The notes beneath the pieces are model-generated. The model was not told the origin of the DNA, made no database searches, and saw nothing but the letters and a program-made list of their open reading frames with translations. DNA of 64,000 nucleotides from Escherichia coli (GTDB taxonomy: Bacteria > Pseudomonadota > Gammaproteobacteria > Enterobacterales > Enterobacteriaceae), in assembly GCF_011045215.1 (NCBI RefSeq), contig NZ_CP049201.1. One strand, 5' to 3'. Position numbers and translations under genes: made by a program. Numbering within the stretch: position 1 is the stretch's first letter; each line of letters begins with the position of its first letter. Below are positions 1-12,827 of the stretch, piece after piece.

Positions 1-1036
1 TTTCTTCCAGCACCCGTAACAGGCGAGTCTGCAAAGGTAGCGGCATTTCGCCAATCTCATCCAAAAACAGCGTGCCACCGTGGGCGATTTCAAACAGCCC
101 GGCACGACCTCCGCGTCGCGAGCCGGTAAACGCCCCTTCCTCATAGCCAAACAGCTCCGCTTCCAGCAGCGATTCGGCAATCGCCCCGCAGTTGACGGCA
201 ACAAATGGATGCGACTTTTTGCCCTGTCGCGCATCGTGGCGGGCAAAATATTCCCGATGAATTGCCTGGGCCGCCAGCTCTTTGCCCGTCCCCGTTTCCC
301 CCTCAATCAACACCGCTGCACTGGAGCGGGCATACAGCAAAATAGTCTGCCGTACTTGTTCCATCTGTGGTGATTGACCGAGCATATCGCCCAGCACGTA
401 ACGAGTTCTCAGGGCGTTGCGGGTGGCATCGTGAGTGTTATGGCGTAACGACATGCGCGTCATATCCAGCGCATCGCTGAACGCCTGGCGCACGGTGGCG
501 GCGGAATAGATAAAAATTCCGGTCATTCCGGCTTCTTCTGCCAGATCGGTAATCAACCCCGCGCCGACCACCGCTTCGGTGCCGTTAGCTTTTAGCTCGT
601 TAATCTGCCCGCGTGCGTCTTCTTCGGTAATGTAGCTACGTTGATCGAGGCGCAAATTAAAGGTTTTTTGAAACGCCACCAGTGCCGGAATAGTTTCCTG
701 ATAAGTGACAACGCCGATAGAAGAGGTGAGCTTTCCGGCTTTTGCCAGTGCCTGTAACACATCGTAGCCGCTCGGTTTAATCAAAATAACTGGCACTGAC
801 AGGCGGCTTTTCAGGTACGCGCCGTTAGAGCCAGCGGCGATGATGGCGTCGCAGCGTTCGTTTGCCAGTTTCTTGCGGATATAGGTCACTGCTTTTTCAA
901 AGCCAAGCTGAATAGGGGTAATGTTCGCCAGGTGATCAAACTCGAGGCTGATATCGCGAAACAGCTCGAACAGGCGCGTTACAGATACCGTCCAGATAAC
1001 CGGTTTGTCGTCATTCAGCCGTGGTGGATGTGCCAT
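1..1036 (-). CDS. prpR: Propionate catabolism sigma-54-dependent activator PrpR, N-terminal part; the 3' end of the gene lies beyond the window start
   Basis: Reverse-strand translation from the ATG at 1036-1034 gives [19 protein letters not shown]... continuing into an AAA+ sigma-54 activator core (GETGTGKE Walker A). Divergent from prpB. Confidence 0.9.
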   Translation of the reverse strand, partial: MAHPPRLNDDKPVIWTVSVTRLFELFRDISLEFDHLANITPIQLGFEKAVTYIRKKLANERCDAIIAAGSNGAYLKSRLSVPVILIKPSGYDVLQALAKAGKLTSSIGVVTYQETIPALVAFQKTFNLRLDQRSYITEEDARGQINELKANGTEAVVGAGLITDLAEEAGMTGIFIYSAATVRQAFSDALDMTRMSLRHNTHDATRNALRTRYVLGDMLGQSPQMEQVRQTILLYARSSAAVLIEGETGTGKELAAQAIHREYFARHDARQGKKSHPFVAVNCGAIAESLLEAELFGYEEGAFTGSRRGGRAGLFEIAHGGTLFLDEIGEMPLPLQTRLLRVLEE

Positions 1037-1212
1037 AGCGCACCGCAAAGTTAAGAAACCGAATATTGGGTTTAGCCTTGTTTCATAATTGTTGCAATGA
1101 AACGCGGTGAAACATTGTCTGAAACGTTAACTGAAACGCATATTTGCGGATTAGTTCATGACTTTATCTCTAACAAATTGAAACTAAACATTTAATTTTA
1201 TTCAGTCAATTG

Positions 1213-1228
1213 TGGCACACCCCTTGCT
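1213..1228 (+). promoter_or_regulatory. Sigma-54 (-24/-12) promoter of prpBCDE
   Basis: TGGCAC-N5-TTGCT at 1213-1228, with GG and GC 12 bp apart, about 47 bp upstream of the prpB ATG. Fits the consensus TGGCAC-N5-TTGCW. Confidence 0.75.
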
Positions 1229-1274
1229 TTGTCTTTATCAACGCAAATAACAAGTTGATAACAAAGGATGGGCT

Positions 1275-2165
1275 ATGTCTCTACACTCTCCAGGTAAAGC
1301 GTTTCGCGCTGCACTGTCTAAAGAAAATCCATTGCAGATTGTTGGCACCATTAACGCCAACCATGCGCTGTTGGCGCAGCGTGCCGGATATCAGGCAATT
1401 TATCTCTCCGGCGGTGGCGTGGCGGCAGGGTCGCTGGGGCTGCCCGATCTCGGTATTTCTACTCTTGATGACGTGTTGACAGATATTCGCCGTATCACCG
1501 ACGTTTGTTCGCTGCCGCTGCTGGTGGATGCGGATATCGGTTTTGGTTCTTCTGCTTTTAACGTGGCGCGCACCGTGAAATCGATGATTAAAGCCGGTGC
1601 GGCAGGATTGCATATTGAAGATCAGGTTGGTGCGAAACGCTGCGGTCATCGTCCGAATAAAGCGATCGTCTCGAAAGAGGAGATGGTGGATCGGATCCGC
1701 GCGGCGGTGGATGCGAAAACCGATCCTGATTTTGTGATCATGGCGCGCACCGATGCGCTGGCGGTTGAAGGACTGGATGCGGCGATCGAGCGTGCGCAGG
1801 CCTATGTTGAAGCGGGTGCCGAGATGTTGTTCCCGGAGGCGATTACCGAACTCGCCATGTACCGCCAGTTTGCCGATGCGGTGCAGGTGCCAATCCTCGC
1901 CAACATTACCGAATTTGGTGCCACGCCGCTGTTTACCACCGACGAATTACGCAGCGCCCATGTCGCAATGGCGCTGTACCCGCTTTCAGCGTTCCGTGCC
2001 ATGAACCGCGCCGCTGAACATGTCTACAACGTCCTGCGTCAGGAAGGCACGCAGAAAAGTGTCATCGACACCATGCAAACCCGCAACGAGCTGTACGAAA
2101 GCATCAACTACTACCAGTACGAAGAGAAGCTCGACGACCTGTTTGCCCGTAACCAGGCGAAATAA
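1275..2165 (+). CDS. prpB: 2-methylisocitrate lyase
   Basis: 296-aa [17 protein letters not shown]..., recognised as PrpB (isocitrate lyase/PEP mutase family). Confidence 0.95.
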   Translation: MSLHSPGKAFRAALSKENPLQIVGTINANHALLAQRAGYQAIYLSGGGVAAGSLGLPDLGISTLDDVLTDIRRITDVCSLPLLVDADIGFGSSAFNVARTVKSMIKAGAAGLHIEDQVGAKRCGHRPNKAIVSKEEMVDRIRAAVDAKTDPDFVIMARTDALAVEGLDAAIERAQAYVEAGAEMLFPEAITELAMYRQFADAVQVPILANITEFGATPLFTTDELRSAHVAMALYPLSAFRAMNRAAEHVYNVLRQEGTQKSVIDTMQTRNELYESINYYQYEEKLDDLFARNQAK

Positions 2166-2196
2166 AAAACGCCCGTTGGTTGTATTTGACAACCGA

Positions 2197-2285
2197 TGCC
2201 TGATGCGCCGCTGACGCGACTTATCAGGCCTACGGGGTGTACTGAACTGTAGGTCGGATAAGACGCATGGCGTCGCATCCGACAA
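2197..2285. repeat. REP/BIME element in the prpB-prpC intergenic region
   Basis: Two inverted REP units, gcctgatgcgccgctgacgcgacttatcaggcctac and gtaggtcggataagacgcatggcgtcgcatccgac. Confidence 0.8.
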
Positions 2286-2325
2286 CAATCTCGACCCTAC
2301 AAATGATAACAATGACGAGGACAAT

Positions 2326-3495
2326 ATGAGCGACACAACAATCCTGCAAAACAGTACCCATGTCATTAAACCGAAAAAATCTGTGGCACTTTCTGGCGTT
2401 CCGGCGGGCAATACGGCGCTCTGCACCGTGGGTAAAAGCGGCAATGACCTGCATTACCGCGGCTACGATATTCTTGATCTGGCGGAACATTGCGAATTTG
2501 AAGAAGTGGCGCATCTGCTGATCCACGGCAAACTGCCGACCCGTGACGAACTCGCCGCTTACAAAACGAAACTGAAAGCCCTGCGCGGTTTACCGGCTAA
2601 CGTGCGTACCGTGCTGGAAGCCTTACCGGCGGCGTCACACCCGATGGATGTTATGCGCACCGGCGTTTCCGCGCTCGGCTGCACGCTGCCAGAAAAAGAG
2701 GGGCATACCGTCTCTGGCGCGCGGGATATTGCCGACAAACTGCTGGCATCACTTAGCTCGATTCTCCTTTATTGGTATCACTACAGCCATAACGGCGAAC
2801 GCATCCAGCCGGAAACCGATGACGACTCCATCGGCGGTCACTTCCTGCATCTGCTGCACGGCGAAAAGCCGTCGCAAAGCTGGGAAAAGGCGATGCATAT
2901 TTCGCTGGTGCTGTACGCCGAACACGAGTTTAACGCCTCCACCTTTACCAGTCGGGTGATTGCGGGCACTGGCTCTGATATGTATTCCGCGATTATTGGC
3001 GCGATTGGCGCACTGCGCGGGCCGAAACACGGCGGGGCGAATGAAGTGTCGCTGGAGATCCAGCAACGCTACGAAACGCCAGACGAAGCCGAAGCCGATA
3101 TCCGCAAGCGGGTGGAAAACAAAGAAGTGGTCATTGGTTTTGGTCATCCGGTTTATACCATCGCCGACCCGCGCCACCAGGTGATTAAACGTGTGGCGAA
3201 GCAGCTCTCGCAGGAAGGCGGCTCGCTGAAGATGTACAACATCGCCGATCGCCTGGAAACGGTGATGTGGGAAACGAAAAAGATGTTCCCCAATCTCGAC
3301 TGGTTCTCCGCTGTTTCCTACAACATGATGGGCGTTCCCACCGAGATGTTCACACCACTGTTTGTTATCGCCCGCGTCACCGGCTGGGCGGCGCACATTA
3401 TCGAACAACGTCAGGACAACAAAATTATCCGTCCTTCCGCCAATTATGTTGGACCGGAAGACCGCCAGTTTGTCGCGCTGGATAAGCGCCAGTAA
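2326..3495 (+). CDS. prpC: 2-methylcitrate synthase
   Basis: 389-aa [21 protein letters not shown]..., citrate synthase family; GAGGA Shine-Dalgarno upstream. Confidence 0.95.
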   Translation: MSDTTILQNSTHVIKPKKSVALSGVPAGNTALCTVGKSGNDLHYRGYDILDLAEHCEFEEVAHLLIHGKLPTRDELAAYKTKLKALRGLPANVRTVLEALPAASHPMDVMRTGVSALGCTLPEKEGHTVSGARDIADKLLASLSSILLYWYHYSHNGERIQPETDDDSIGGHFLHLLHGEKPSQSWEKAMHISLVLYAEHEFNASTFTSRVIAGTGSDMYSAIIGAIGALRGPKHGGANEVSLEIQQRYETPDEAEADIRKRVENKEVVIGFGHPVYTIADPRHQVIKRVAKQLSQEGGSLKMYNIADRLETVMWETKKMFPNLDWFSAVSYNMMGVPTEMFTPLFVIARVTGWAAHIIEQRQDNKIIRPSANYVGPEDRQFVALDKRQ

Positions 3496-3528
3496 ACCTC
3501 TACGAATAACAATAAGGAAACGTACCCA

Positions 3529-4980
3529 ATGTCAGCTCAAATCAACAACATCCGCCCGGAATTTGATCGTGAAATCGTTGATATCGTCGATTACGTCATG
3601 AACTACGAAATCAGCTCTAAAGTGGCCTACGACACCGCACATTTCTGCCTGCTCGACACTCTCGGCTGCGGTCTGGAAGCTCTCGAATACCCGGCCTGTA
3701 AAAAACTGCTGGGGCCAGTTGTCCCCGGCACCGTCGTACCTAACGGCGTGCGCGTCCCCGGAACTCAGTTCCAGCTCGACCCCGTCCAGGCGGCATTTAA
3801 CATCGGCGCGATGATCCGCTGGCTCGATTTCAACGATACCTGGCTTGCGGCAGAGTGGGGCCATCCTTCCGACAACCTCGGCGGCATTCTGGCAACGGCG
3901 GACTGGCTTTCACGCAACGCGGTCGCCAGCGGCAAAGCGCCGTTGACCATGAAACAGGTACTGACCGGAATGATTAAAGCTCATGAAATTCAGGGCTGCA
4001 TCGCGCTGGAAAACTCCTTTAACCGCGTCGGCCTCGACCACGTTCTGTTAGTGAAAGTGGCTTCCACCGCCGTGGTCGCCGAAATGCTCGGTCTGACCCG
4101 CGAGGAAATTCTCAATGCCGTTTCGCTGGCGTGGGTGGACGGTCAGTCGCTGCGCACCTATCGCCATGCGCCGAACACCGGCACGCGTAAATCCTGGGCA
4201 GCGGGCGATGCCACTTCCCGCGCGGTACGTCTGGCACTGATGGCGAAAACGGGCGAAATGGGTTATCCGTCAGCCCTGACTGCGCCTGTGTGGGGCTTCT
4301 ACGACGTTTCCTTCAAAGGTGAATCGTTCCGCTTCCAGCGCCCGTACGGTTCTTACGTGATGGAAAATGTGCTGTTCAAAATCTCCTTCCCGGCGGAGTT
4401 CCACTCCCAGACGGCAGTTGAAGCAGCGATGACGCTCTATGAACAGATGCAGGCAGCAGGCAAAACGGCGGCGGATATCGAAAAAGTGACCATTCGCACC
4501 CACGAAGCCTGTATTCGCATCATCGACAAAAAGGGGCCGCTTAATAACCCGGCAGACCGCGACCACTGCATTCAGTACATGGTGGCGATCCCGCTGCTGT
4601 TCGGGCGCTTAACGGCGGCAGATTACGAGGACAACGTTGCGCAAGATAAACGCATCGACGCCCTGCGCGAGAAGATCAATTGCTTTGAAGATCCGGCGTT
4701 TACCGCTGACTACCACGACCCGGAAAAACGCGCCATCGCCAATGCCATTACTCTTGAGTTCACCGACGGCACGCGCTTTGAAGAAGTGGTGGTGGAGTAC
4801 CCCATTGGTCATGCTCGCCGCCGTCAGGATGGCATTCCGAAGCTGGTGGATAAATTCAAAATCAATCTCGCGCGCCAGTTCCCGACTCGCCAGCAGCAGC
4901 GCATTCTGGAGGTTTCTCTCGACAGAGCTCGCCTGGAACAGATGCCGGTCAATGAGTATCTCGACCTGTACGTCATTTAA
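3529..4980 (+). CDS. prpD: 2-methylcitrate dehydratase
   Basis: 483-aa [23 protein letters not shown]..., MmgE/PrpD family. Confidence 0.95.
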   Translation: MSAQINNIRPEFDREIVDIVDYVMNYEISSKVAYDTAHFCLLDTLGCGLEALEYPACKKLLGPVVPGTVVPNGVRVPGTQFQLDPVQAAFNIGAMIRWLDFNDTWLAAEWGHPSDNLGGILATADWLSRNAVASGKAPLTMKQVLTGMIKAHEIQGCIALENSFNRVGLDHVLLVKVASTAVVAEMLGLTREEILNAVSLAWVDGQSLRTYRHAPNTGTRKSWAAGDATSRAVRLALMAKTGEMGYPSALTAPVWGFYDVSFKGESFRFQRPYGSYVMENVLFKISFPAEFHSQTAVEAAMTLYEQMQAAGKTAADIEKVTIRTHEACIRIIDKKGPLNNPADRDHCIQYMVAIPLLFGRLTAADYEDNVAQDKRIDALREKINCFEDPAFTADYHDPEKRAIANAITLEFTDGTRFEEVVVEYPIGHARRRQDGIPKLVDKFKINLARQFPTRQQQRILEVSLDRARLEQMPVNEYLDLYVI

Positions 4981-5019
4981 GCAAACAGCGGTAAGGCGTA
5001 AGTTCAACAGGAGAGCATT

Positions 5020-6906
5020 ATGTCTTTTAGCGAATTTTATCAGCGTTCGATTAACGAACCGGAGCAGTTCTGGGCCGAGCAGGCCCGGCGTATTGACTGG
5101 CAGACGCCCTTTACGCAAACGCTCGATCACAGCAATCCTCCGTTTGCTCGTTGGTTTTGTGAAGGCCGAACCAACTTGTGTCACAACGCTATCGATCGCT
5201 GGCTGGAGAAACAGCCAGAGGCGCTGGCGCTGATTGCCGTCTCTTCGGAAACAGAAGAAGAGCGCACCTTTACCTTTCGTCAGCTGCATGACGAAGTGAA
5301 CGCGGTGGCGTCAATGCTGCGCTCACTGGGCGTGCAGCGTGGCGAACGGGTGCTGGTGTATATGCCGATGATTGCCGAAGCGCATATAACCCTGCTGGCT
5401 TGCGCGCGCATTGGCGCTATTCACTCGGTGGTGTTTGGTGGATTTGCCTCTCATAGCGTGGCGGCGCGAATTGATGATGCTAAACCGGTGCTGATTGTCT
5501 CGGCTGATGCCGGAGCGCGCGGTGGCAAAATCATTCCCTATAAAAAATTGCTCGACGATGCGATAAGTCAGGCGCAGCACCAGCCGCGCCATGTTTTGCT
5601 GGTGGATCGCGGGCTGGCGAAAATGGCGCGCGTCAGCGGGCGGGATGTCGATTTCGCGTCGTTGCGCCATCAACACATCGGCGCGCGGGTACCGGTGGCG
5701 TGGCTGGAATCCAACGAAACCTCCTGCATTCTCTACACCTCCGGCACGACCGGCAAACCTAAAGGCGTGCAGCGCGACGTCGGCGGATATGCGGTGGCGC
5801 TGGCGACCTCGATGGACACCATTTTTGGCGGCAAAGCGGGCGGTGTGTTCTTTTGTGCTTCGGATATCGGCTGGGTGGTGGGGCATTCGTATATCGTCTA
5901 CGCGCCGCTGCTGGCGGGGATGGCGACTATCGTTTACGAAGGATTACCGACCTGGCCGGACTGCGGCGTGTGGTGGAAAATCGTCGAGAAATATCAGGTT
6001 AGCCGGATGTTCTCAGCGCCGACCGCCATTCGCGTGCTGAAAAAATTCCCTACCGCTGAAATTCGCAAACACGATCTCTCGTCGCTGGAAGTACTCTATC
6101 TGGCGGGGGAGCCGCTGGACGAGCCAACCGCCAGTTGGGTAAGCAATACGCTGGATGTGCCGGTTATCGACAACTACTGGCAGACCGAATCCGGCTGGCC
6201 GATTATGGCGATTGCTCGCGGTCTGGACGACAGGCCGACGCGTCTGGGAAGCCCCGGCGTGCCGATGTATGGCTATAACGTGCAGTTGCTTAATGAAGTC
6301 ACCGGCGAACCGTGTGGCGTCAACGAGAAAGGGATGCTGGTGGTGGAAGGGCCGCTGCCGCCGGGCTGTATTCAGACCATCTGGGGCGACGACGACCGCT
6401 TTGTGAAGACTTACTGGTCGCTGTTTTCCCGCCCGGTGTACGCCACCTTTGACTGGGGCATCCGTGACGCTGACGGTTATCACTTTATTCTCGGGCGCAC
6501 TGACGATGTAATTAACGTCGCCGGGCATCGGCTGGGCACGCGCGAGATTGAAGAGAGTATCTCCAGTCATCCGGGCGTTGCCGAAGTGGCGGTGGTTGGG
6601 GTGAAAGATGCGCTGAAAGGGCAGGTGGCGGTGGCGTTTGTCATTCCGAAAGAGAGCGACAGTCTGGAAGACCGCGAGGTGGCGCATTCACAAGAGAACG
6701 CGATTATGGCGCTGGTGGACAGCCAGATTGGCAACTTTGGCCGCCCGGCGCACGTCTGGTTTGTCTCGCAATTGCCAAAAACGCGATCCGGAAAAATGCT
6801 GCGCCGCACGATCCAGGCGATTTGCGAAGGACGCGATCCTGGGGATCTGACGACCATTGATGATCCTGCGTCGTTGGATCAGATCCGCCAGGCGATGGAA
6901 GAGTAA
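5020..6906 (+). CDS. prpE: Propionyl-CoA synthetase
   Basis: 628-aa ORF with an acyl-CoA synthetase AMP-binding motif (YTSGTTGKPKG). Confidence 0.95.
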   Translation: MSFSEFYQRSINEPEQFWAEQARRIDWQTPFTQTLDHSNPPFARWFCEGRTNLCHNAIDRWLEKQPEALALIAVSSETEEERTFTFRQLHDEVNAVASMLRSLGVQRGERVLVYMPMIAEAHITLLACARIGAIHSVVFGGFASHSVAARIDDAKPVLIVSADAGARGGKIIPYKKLLDDAISQAQHQPRHVLLVDRGLAKMARVSGRDVDFASLRHQHIGARVPVAWLESNETSCILYTSGTTGKPKGVQRDVGGYAVALATSMDTIFGGKAGGVFFCASDIGWVVGHSYIVYAPLLAGMATIVYEGLPTWPDCGVWWKIVEKYQVSRMFSAPTAIRVLKKFPTAEIRKHDLSSLEVLYLAGEPLDEPTASWVSNTLDVPVIDNYWQTESGWPIMAIARGLDDRPTRLGSPGVPMYGYNVQLLNEVTGEPCGVNEKGMLVVEGPLPPGCIQTIWGDDDRFVKTYWSLFSRPVYATFDWGIRDADGYHFILGRTDDVINVAGHRLGTREIEESISSHPGVAEVAVVGVKDALKGQVAVAFVIPKESDSLEDREVAHSQENAIMALVDSQIGNFGRPAHVWFVSQLPKTRSGKMLRRTIQAICEGRDPGDLTTIDDPASLDQIRQAMEE

Positions 6907-6954
6907 GGTATTGTCGGATGCGTCGCGTGGCGCATCCGACAGTTGTGCGCAGAT

Positions 6955-7840
6955 GCCTGATGCGACGCTGGCGCGTCTTATCATGCCTACAGGCCTGAAC
7001 CGTAGGTCGGATAAGGCGCTCGCACCGCATCCGACACCGTGCTCAGTGCCTGATGCGACGCAGGCGCGTCTTATCATACCTACAGGCCTGAACCGTAGGT
7101 CGGATAAGGCGCTCGCGGCGCATCCGACACCATGCGCAGATGCCTGATGCGACGCTGATGCGTCTTATCATGCCTACAGGCCTGAACCGTAGGTCGGATA
7201 AGGCGCTCGCGCCGCATCCGACACCATGCGCAGATGCCTGATGCGACGCTGATGCGTCTTATCATGCCTACAGGCCTGAACCGTAGGTCGGATAAGGCGC
7301 TCGCGCCGCATCCGACACCATGCGCCGATGCCTGATGCGACGCAGGCGCGTCTTATCATGCCTACAGGCCTGAACCGTAGGTCGGATAAGGCGCTCGCAC
7401 CGCATCCGACACCGTGCTCAGTGCCTGATGCGACGCTGATGCGTCTTATCATGCCTACAGGCCTGAACCGTAGGTCGGATAAGGCGCTCGCGCCGCATCC
7501 GACACCATGCGCAGATGCCTGATGCGACGCTGATGCGTCTTATCATGCCTACAGGCCTGAACCGTAGGTCGGATAAGGCGCTCGCGCCGCATCCGACACC
7601 ATGCGCCGATGCCTGATGCGACGCTGGCGCGTCTTATCATGCCTACAGGCCTGAACCGTAGGTCGGATAAGGCGCTCGCGCCGCATCCGACACCGTGCGC
7701 AGATGCCTGATACGACGCAGGCGCGTCTTATCATGCCTACAGGCCTGAACCGTAGGTCGGATAAGGCGCTCGCGCCGCATCCGACACCATGCGCCGATGC
7801 CTGATGCGACGCTTACCGCGTCTTATCATGCCTACCCACT
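6955..7840. repeat. Tandem array of REP/BIME units, about 9.5 copies of a ~94-bp unit
   Basis: Unit gcctgatgcgacgc...gtcttatcatgcctacaggcctgaaccgtaggtcggataaggcgctcgcgccgcatccgacacc... recurs with starts near 6955, 7049, 7143, 7237, 7331, 7425, 7519, 7613, 7707 and 7800, with a few point differences between copies. Confidence 0.9.
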
Positions 7841-7905
7841 GTTTTTACACCGATAATTTTCCCCCCACCTTTTTGCACTCATTCATATAAAAAATATATT
7901 TCCCC

Positions 7906-7921
7906 ACGAAAACGATTGCTT
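7906..7921 (+). promoter_or_regulatory. Candidate PurR operator (PUR box) upstream of codBA
   Basis: ACGAAAACGATTGCTT resembles the PUR-box consensus ANGCAAACGTTTNCNT and sits about 70 bp upstream of the codB start. Confidence 0.35.
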
Positions 7922-7987
7922 TTTATCTTCAGATGAATAGAATGCGGCGGATTTTTTGGGTTTCAAACAGCAAAAAGGGGGAATTTC

Positions 7988-9247
7988 GTGTCGCAAGATA
8001 ACAACTTTAGCCAGGGGCCAGTCCCGCAGTCGGCGCGGAAAGGGGTATTGGCATTGACGTTCGTCATGCTGGGATTAACCTTCTTTTCCGCCAGTATGTG
8101 GACCGGCGGCACTCTCGGAACCGGTCTTAGCTATCATGATTTCTTCCTCGCAGTTCTCATCGGCAACCTTCTCCTCGGTATTTACACTTCATTTCTCGGT
8201 TACATTGGCGCAAAAACCGGCCTGACCACTCATCTTCTTGCTCGCTTCTCGTTTGGTGTTAAAGGCTCATGGCTGCCTTCACTGCTGCTGGGCGGCACCC
8301 AGGTTGGCTGGTTTGGCGTCGGTGTGGCGATGTTTGCTATTCCGGTGGGCAAGGCAACCGGGCTGGATATTAATTTGCTGATTGCCGTTTCCGGTTTACT
8401 GATGACCGTCACCGTCTTCTTTGGCATTTCGGCGCTGACAGTTCTTTCGGTGATTGCGGTTCCGGCGATCGCCTGTCTTGGCGGTTATTCCGTGTGGCTG
8501 GCCGTTAACGGCATGGGCGGCCTGGACGCCTTAAAAGCGGTCGTTCCCGCACAACCATTAGATTTCAATGTCGCGCTGGCGCTGGTTGTGGGGTCATTTA
8601 TCAGTGCGGGTACGCTCACCGCCGACTTTGTCCGGTTTGGTCGCAATGCCAAACTGGCGGTGCTGGTGGCGATGGTGGCCTTTTTCCTCGGCAACTCGTT
8701 GATGTTTATTTTCGGTGCAGCGGGCGCTGCGGCACTGGGGATGGCGGATATCTCTGATGTGATGATTGCTCAGGGCCTGCTGTTGCCTGCGATTGTGGTG
8801 CTGGGGCTAAATATCTGGACCACCAACGATAACGCGCTCTATGCGTCGGGTTTAGGTTTCGCCAACATTACCGGGATGTCGAGCAAAACCCTTTCGGTAA
8901 TCAACGGTATTATCGGTACGGTCTGCGCATTATGGCTGTATAACAATTTTGTCGGCTGGTTGACCTTCCTTTCGGCAGCTATTCCTCCGGTGGGTGGCGT
9001 GATCATTGCCGACTATCTGATGAACCGTCGCCGCTATGAGCACTTTGCGACCACGCGTATGATGAGTATCAATTGGGTGGCGATTCTGGCGGTCGCCTTG
9101 GGGATTGCTGCAGGCCACTGGTTACCGGGAATTGTTCCGGTCAACGCGGTATTAGGTGGCGCGCTGAGCTATCTGATCCTTAACCCGATTTTGAATCGTA
9201 AAACGACAGCAGCAATGACGCATGTGGAGGCTAACAGTGTCGAATAA
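7988..9247 (+). CDS. codB: Cytosine permease (NCS1 family)
   Basis: 419-aa ORF starting at a [22 protein letters not shown]..., multi-pass membrane protein. Confidence 0.93.
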   Translation: MSQDNNFSQGPVPQSARKGVLALTFVMLGLTFFSASMWTGGTLGTGLSYHDFFLAVLIGNLLLGIYTSFLGYIGAKTGLTTHLLARFSFGVKGSWLPSLLLGGTQVGWFGVGVAMFAIPVGKATGLDINLLIAVSGLLMTVTVFFGISALTVLSVIAVPAIACLGGYSVWLAVNGMGGLDALKAVVPAQPLDFNVALALVVGSFISAGTLTADFVRFGRNAKLAVLVAMVAFFLGNSLMFIFGAAGAAALGMADISDVMIAQGLLLPAIVVLGLNIWTTNDNALYASGLGFANITGMSSKTLSVINGIIGTVCALWLYNNFVGWLTFLSAAIPPVGGVIIADYLMNRRRYEHFATTRMMSINWVAILAVALGIAAGHWLPGIVPVNAVLGGALSYLILNPILNRKTTAAMTHVEANSVE

Positions 9248-10520
9248 CGCTTTACAAACAATTATTAACGCCCGGTTACCAGGCGAAGAGGGGCTGTGGC
9301 AGATTCATCTGCAGGACGGAAAAATCAGCGCCATTGATGCGCAATCCGGCGTGATGCCCATAACTGAAAACAGCCTGGATGCCGAACAAGGTTTAGTTAT
9401 ACCGCCGTTTGTGGAGCCACATATTCACCTGGACACCACGCAAACCGCCGGACAACCGAACTGGAATCAGTCCGGCACGCTGTTTGAAGGCATTGAACGC
9501 TGGGCCGAGCGCAAAGCGTTATTAACCCATGACGATGTGAAACAACGCGCATGGCAAACGCTGAAATGGCAGATTGCCAACGGCATTCAGCATGTGCGTA
9601 CCCATGTCGATGTTTCGGATGCAACGCTAACTGCGCTGAAAGCAATGCTGGAAGTGAAGCAGGAAGTCGCGCCGTGGATTGATCTGCAAATCGTCGCCTT
9701 CCCTCAGGAAGGGATTTTGTCGTATCCCAACGGTGAAGCGTTGCTGGAAGAGGCGTTACGCTTAGGGGCAGATGTAGTGGGGGCGATTCCGCATTTTGAA
9801 TTTACCCGTGAATACGGCGTGGAGTCGCTGCATAAAACCTTCGCCCTGGCGCAAAAATACGACCGTCTCATCGACGTTCACTGTGATGAGATCGATGACG
9901 AGCAGTCGCGCTTTGTCGAAACCGTTGCTGCCCTGGCGCACCATGAAGGCATGGGCGCGCGAGTCACCGCCAGCCACACCACGGCAATGCACTCCTATAA
10001 CGGGGCGTATACCTCACGCCTGTTCCGCTTGCTGAAAATGTCCGGTATTAACTTTGTCGCCAATCCGCTGGTCAATATTCATCTGCAAGGACGTTTCGAT
10101 ACGTATCCAAAACGTCGCGGCATCACGCGCGTTAAAGAGATGCTGGAGTCCGGCATTAACGTCTGCTTTGGTCACGATGATGTCTTCGATCCGTGGTATC
10201 CGCTGGGAACGGCGAATATGCTGCAAGTGCTGCATATGGGGCTGCATGTGTGTCAGTTGATGGGTTACGGGCAGATTAACGATGGTCTGAATTTGATCAC
10301 CTACCACAGCGCCAGAACGTTGAATTTGCAGGATTACGGCATTGCCACCGGAAACAGCGCCAACCTGATTATCCTGCCGGCTGAAAATGGATTTGATGCG
10401 CTGCGCCGTCAGGTTCCGGTACGTTATTCGGTACGTGGCGGCAAGGTGATTGCCAGCACACAACCGGCACAAACCACCGTATATCTGGAGCAGCCGGAAG
10501 CCATCGATTACAAACGGTGA
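9237..10520 (+). CDS. codA: Cytosine deaminase
   Basis: Start placed at the GTG at 9237 ([19 protein letters not shown]...), overlapping the codB 3' end; 427 aa. The ORF track starts 15 nt upstream. Confidence 0.9.
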   Translation: MSNNALQTIINARLPGEEGLWQIHLQDGKISAIDAQSGVMPITENSLDAEQGLVIPPFVEPHIHLDTTQTAGQPNWNQSGTLFEGIERWAERKALLTHDDVKQRAWQTLKWQIANGIQHVRTHVDVSDATLTALKAMLEVKQEVAPWIDLQIVAFPQEGILSYPNGEALLEEALRLGADVVGAIPHFEFTREYGVESLHKTFALAQKYDRLIDVHCDEIDDEQSRFVETVAALAHHEGMGARVTASHTTAMHSYNGAYTSRLFRLLKMSGINFVANPLVNIHLQGRFDTYPKRRGITRVKEMLESGINVCFGHDDVFDPWYPLGTANMLQVLHMGLHVCQLMGYGQINDGLNLITYHSARTLNLQDYGIATGNSANLIILPAENGFDALRRQVPVRYSVRGGKVIASTQPAQTTVYLEQPEAIDYKR

Positions 10521-10557
10521 TCGGCTGGGCTGTGTGTTGACAAAGCGAGCGTAGTTT

Positions 10558-10640
10558 ATGCCGGATGCGGCGTGAACGCCTTATCCGGCCTACGTAGAGC
10601 ACCGAACTCGTAGGCCTGATAAGCGTAGCGCATCAGGCAA
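10558..10640. repeat. REP element downstream of codA
   Basis: gccggatgcggcgtgaacgccttatccggcctac ... gtaggcctgataagcgtagcgcatcaggc. Confidence 0.8.
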
Positions 10641-10652
10641 TTGTGTCAGTGG

Positions 10653-11552
10653 CTACCGTGATTCATTCCCGCCAACATCCGCGCATTCCTCCAACGCCAT
10701 GTGCAAAAATGCCTTCGCAGCGGCAGTCTGCCAGCTATTTTTCCGCCGCAACAAAACCGCCGTTCTCTCCAGTAGTGGCGGGGCAAGAGAAATAGCTTTA
10801 AGCCCGTCATGTTGTGTGGCAATCGCTGCTGGTAACAATGTGGAAAGGGAAGTGCGGCGAATCAGCTCCAGAACCGCGCTAATTGAGTTCGCCTCAATTA
10901 CCACCTGTGGATGCAGCCCCGCTTTCTCGCAGTAGTGGTCAATTTGCTCTCTGGTGGCAAATTCCGCGCTGAGCAGTACCAGTTTTTCATCATGCAAGCG
11001 ACTCAACGCCACCTGTTCATGGACTGCCAGCGGATGATGTTGCGCCACGACTAACGCTAAACTTTCTGTCAGTAAAGGAATTGCCTCCAGCTCCGGCGAA
11101 TGCACAGGCGCGAAGGCAATCCCAACGTCCAACTCGTCGCGGCAAAGCATATCCTCGATTTTCTCCTGCGACATTTCCTGTAGCTGGAGCGTGATGCCGG
11201 GATAGCGCGCATAGAAATCCGCCATTAAGGGGCCGATAAAGTAGCTCGTAAAGGTGGGGGTGACGGCGATACGCAGCGATCCTCGCGTCAGATCGGCAAC
11301 ATCATGAATCGCCCGTTTACCCGCCCCCAGTTCCTGTAACGCCCGGCTGGCGTACTGTCGCCAGACTTCTCCTGCATCAGTGAGACGAATCGTTCGCCCG
11401 CTACGGTCAAACAGCGGCACGCCTAAACTCTCCTCTAACTGGCGGATCTGCTGGGAAAGCGCAGGCTGGGAGACGTGCAACGCACTGGCGGCACGGGTGA
11501 AGCTGCCATGTTCAGCCACGGCAAGAAAATAATTGATATGTCGAGAGAGCAT
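10653..11552 (-). CDS. cynR: LysR-family transcriptional activator of the cyn operon
   Basis: Protein [40 protein letters not shown]... with an N-terminal LysR HTH; 299 aa. The start is trimmed 8 codons from the ORF-track start. Divergent from cynT. Confidence 0.9.
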   Translation of the reverse strand: MLSRHINYFLAVAEHGSFTRAASALHVSQPALSQQIRQLEESLGVPLFDRSGRTIRLTDAGEVWRQYASRALQELGAGKRAIHDVADLTRGSLRIAVTPTFTSYFIGPLMADFYARYPGITLQLQEMSQEKIEDMLCRDELDVGIAFAPVHSPELEAIPLLTESLALVVAQHHPLAVHEQVALSRLHDEKLVLLSAEFATREQIDHYCEKAGLHPQVVIEANSISAVLELIRRTSLSTLLPAAIATQHDGLKAISLAPPLLERTAVLLRRKNSWQTAAAKAFLHMALEECADVGGNESR

Positions 11553-11661
11553 TCGCCAACCTATAAGTAAATCCAATAGAACTCATCATAAATGAGACTT
11601 TTACCTTATGACAATCGGCGAGTAGTCTGCCTCTCATTCCAGAGACAGACAGAGGTTAACG

Positions 11662-12321
11662 GTGAAAGAGATTATTGATGGATTCCTTAAATTCCAGCGC
11701 GAGGCATTTCCGAAGCGGGAAGCCTTGTTTAAACAGCTGGCGACACAGCAAAGCCCGCGCACACTTTTTATCTCCTGCTCCGACAGCCGTCTGGTCCCTG
11801 AGCTGGTGACGCAACGTGAGCCTGGCGATCTGTTCGTTATTCGCAATGCGGGCAATATCGTCCCTTCCTACGGGCCGGAACCCGGTGGCGTTTCTGCTTC
11901 GGTGGAGTATGCCGTCGCCGCGCTTCGGGTATCTGACATTGTGATTTGCGGTCATTCCAACTGTGGCGCGATGACCGCCATTGCCAGCTGTCAGTGCATG
12001 GACCATATGCCTGCCGTCTCCCACTGGCTGCGTTATGCCGATTCAGCCCGCGTCGTTAATGAGGCGCGCCCGCATTCCGATTTACCGTCAAAAGCTGCGG
12101 CGATGGTACGTGAAAACGTCATTGCTCAGTTGGCTAATTTGCAAACTCATCCATCGGTGCGCCTGGCGCTCGAAGAGGGGCGGATCGCCCTGCACGGCTG
12201 GGTCTACGACATTGAAAGCGGCAGCATCGCAGCGTTTGACGGCGCAACCCGCCAGTTTGTGCCACTGGCCGCTAATCCTCGCGTTTGTGCCATACCGCTA
12301 CGCCAACCGACCGCAGCGTAA
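11662..12321 (+). CDS. cynT: Carbonic anhydrase (beta class)
   Basis: 219-aa [23 protein letters not shown]... Confidence 0.93.
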
Positions 12322-12333
12322 CCTTATTTTTAA

Positions 12334-12822
<489 letters not shown>

Positions 12823-12827
12823 CAGCC

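Noticed and set aside
6688-7734. A ladder of near-identical 61-129 aa ORFs on both strands ([34 protein letters not shown]..., MPDATLARLIMPTGLNRRSDKALAPHPTPC...)
   Set aside because: They are translations of the tandem REP/BIME repeat units. They have no independent start context and repeat with the 94-bp period.
6955-7840. Possible CRISPR array, given the regular ~94-bp periodicity
   Set aside because: Whole units are near-identical, so there are no unique spacers. The units match the REP consensus and no cas genes are nearby.
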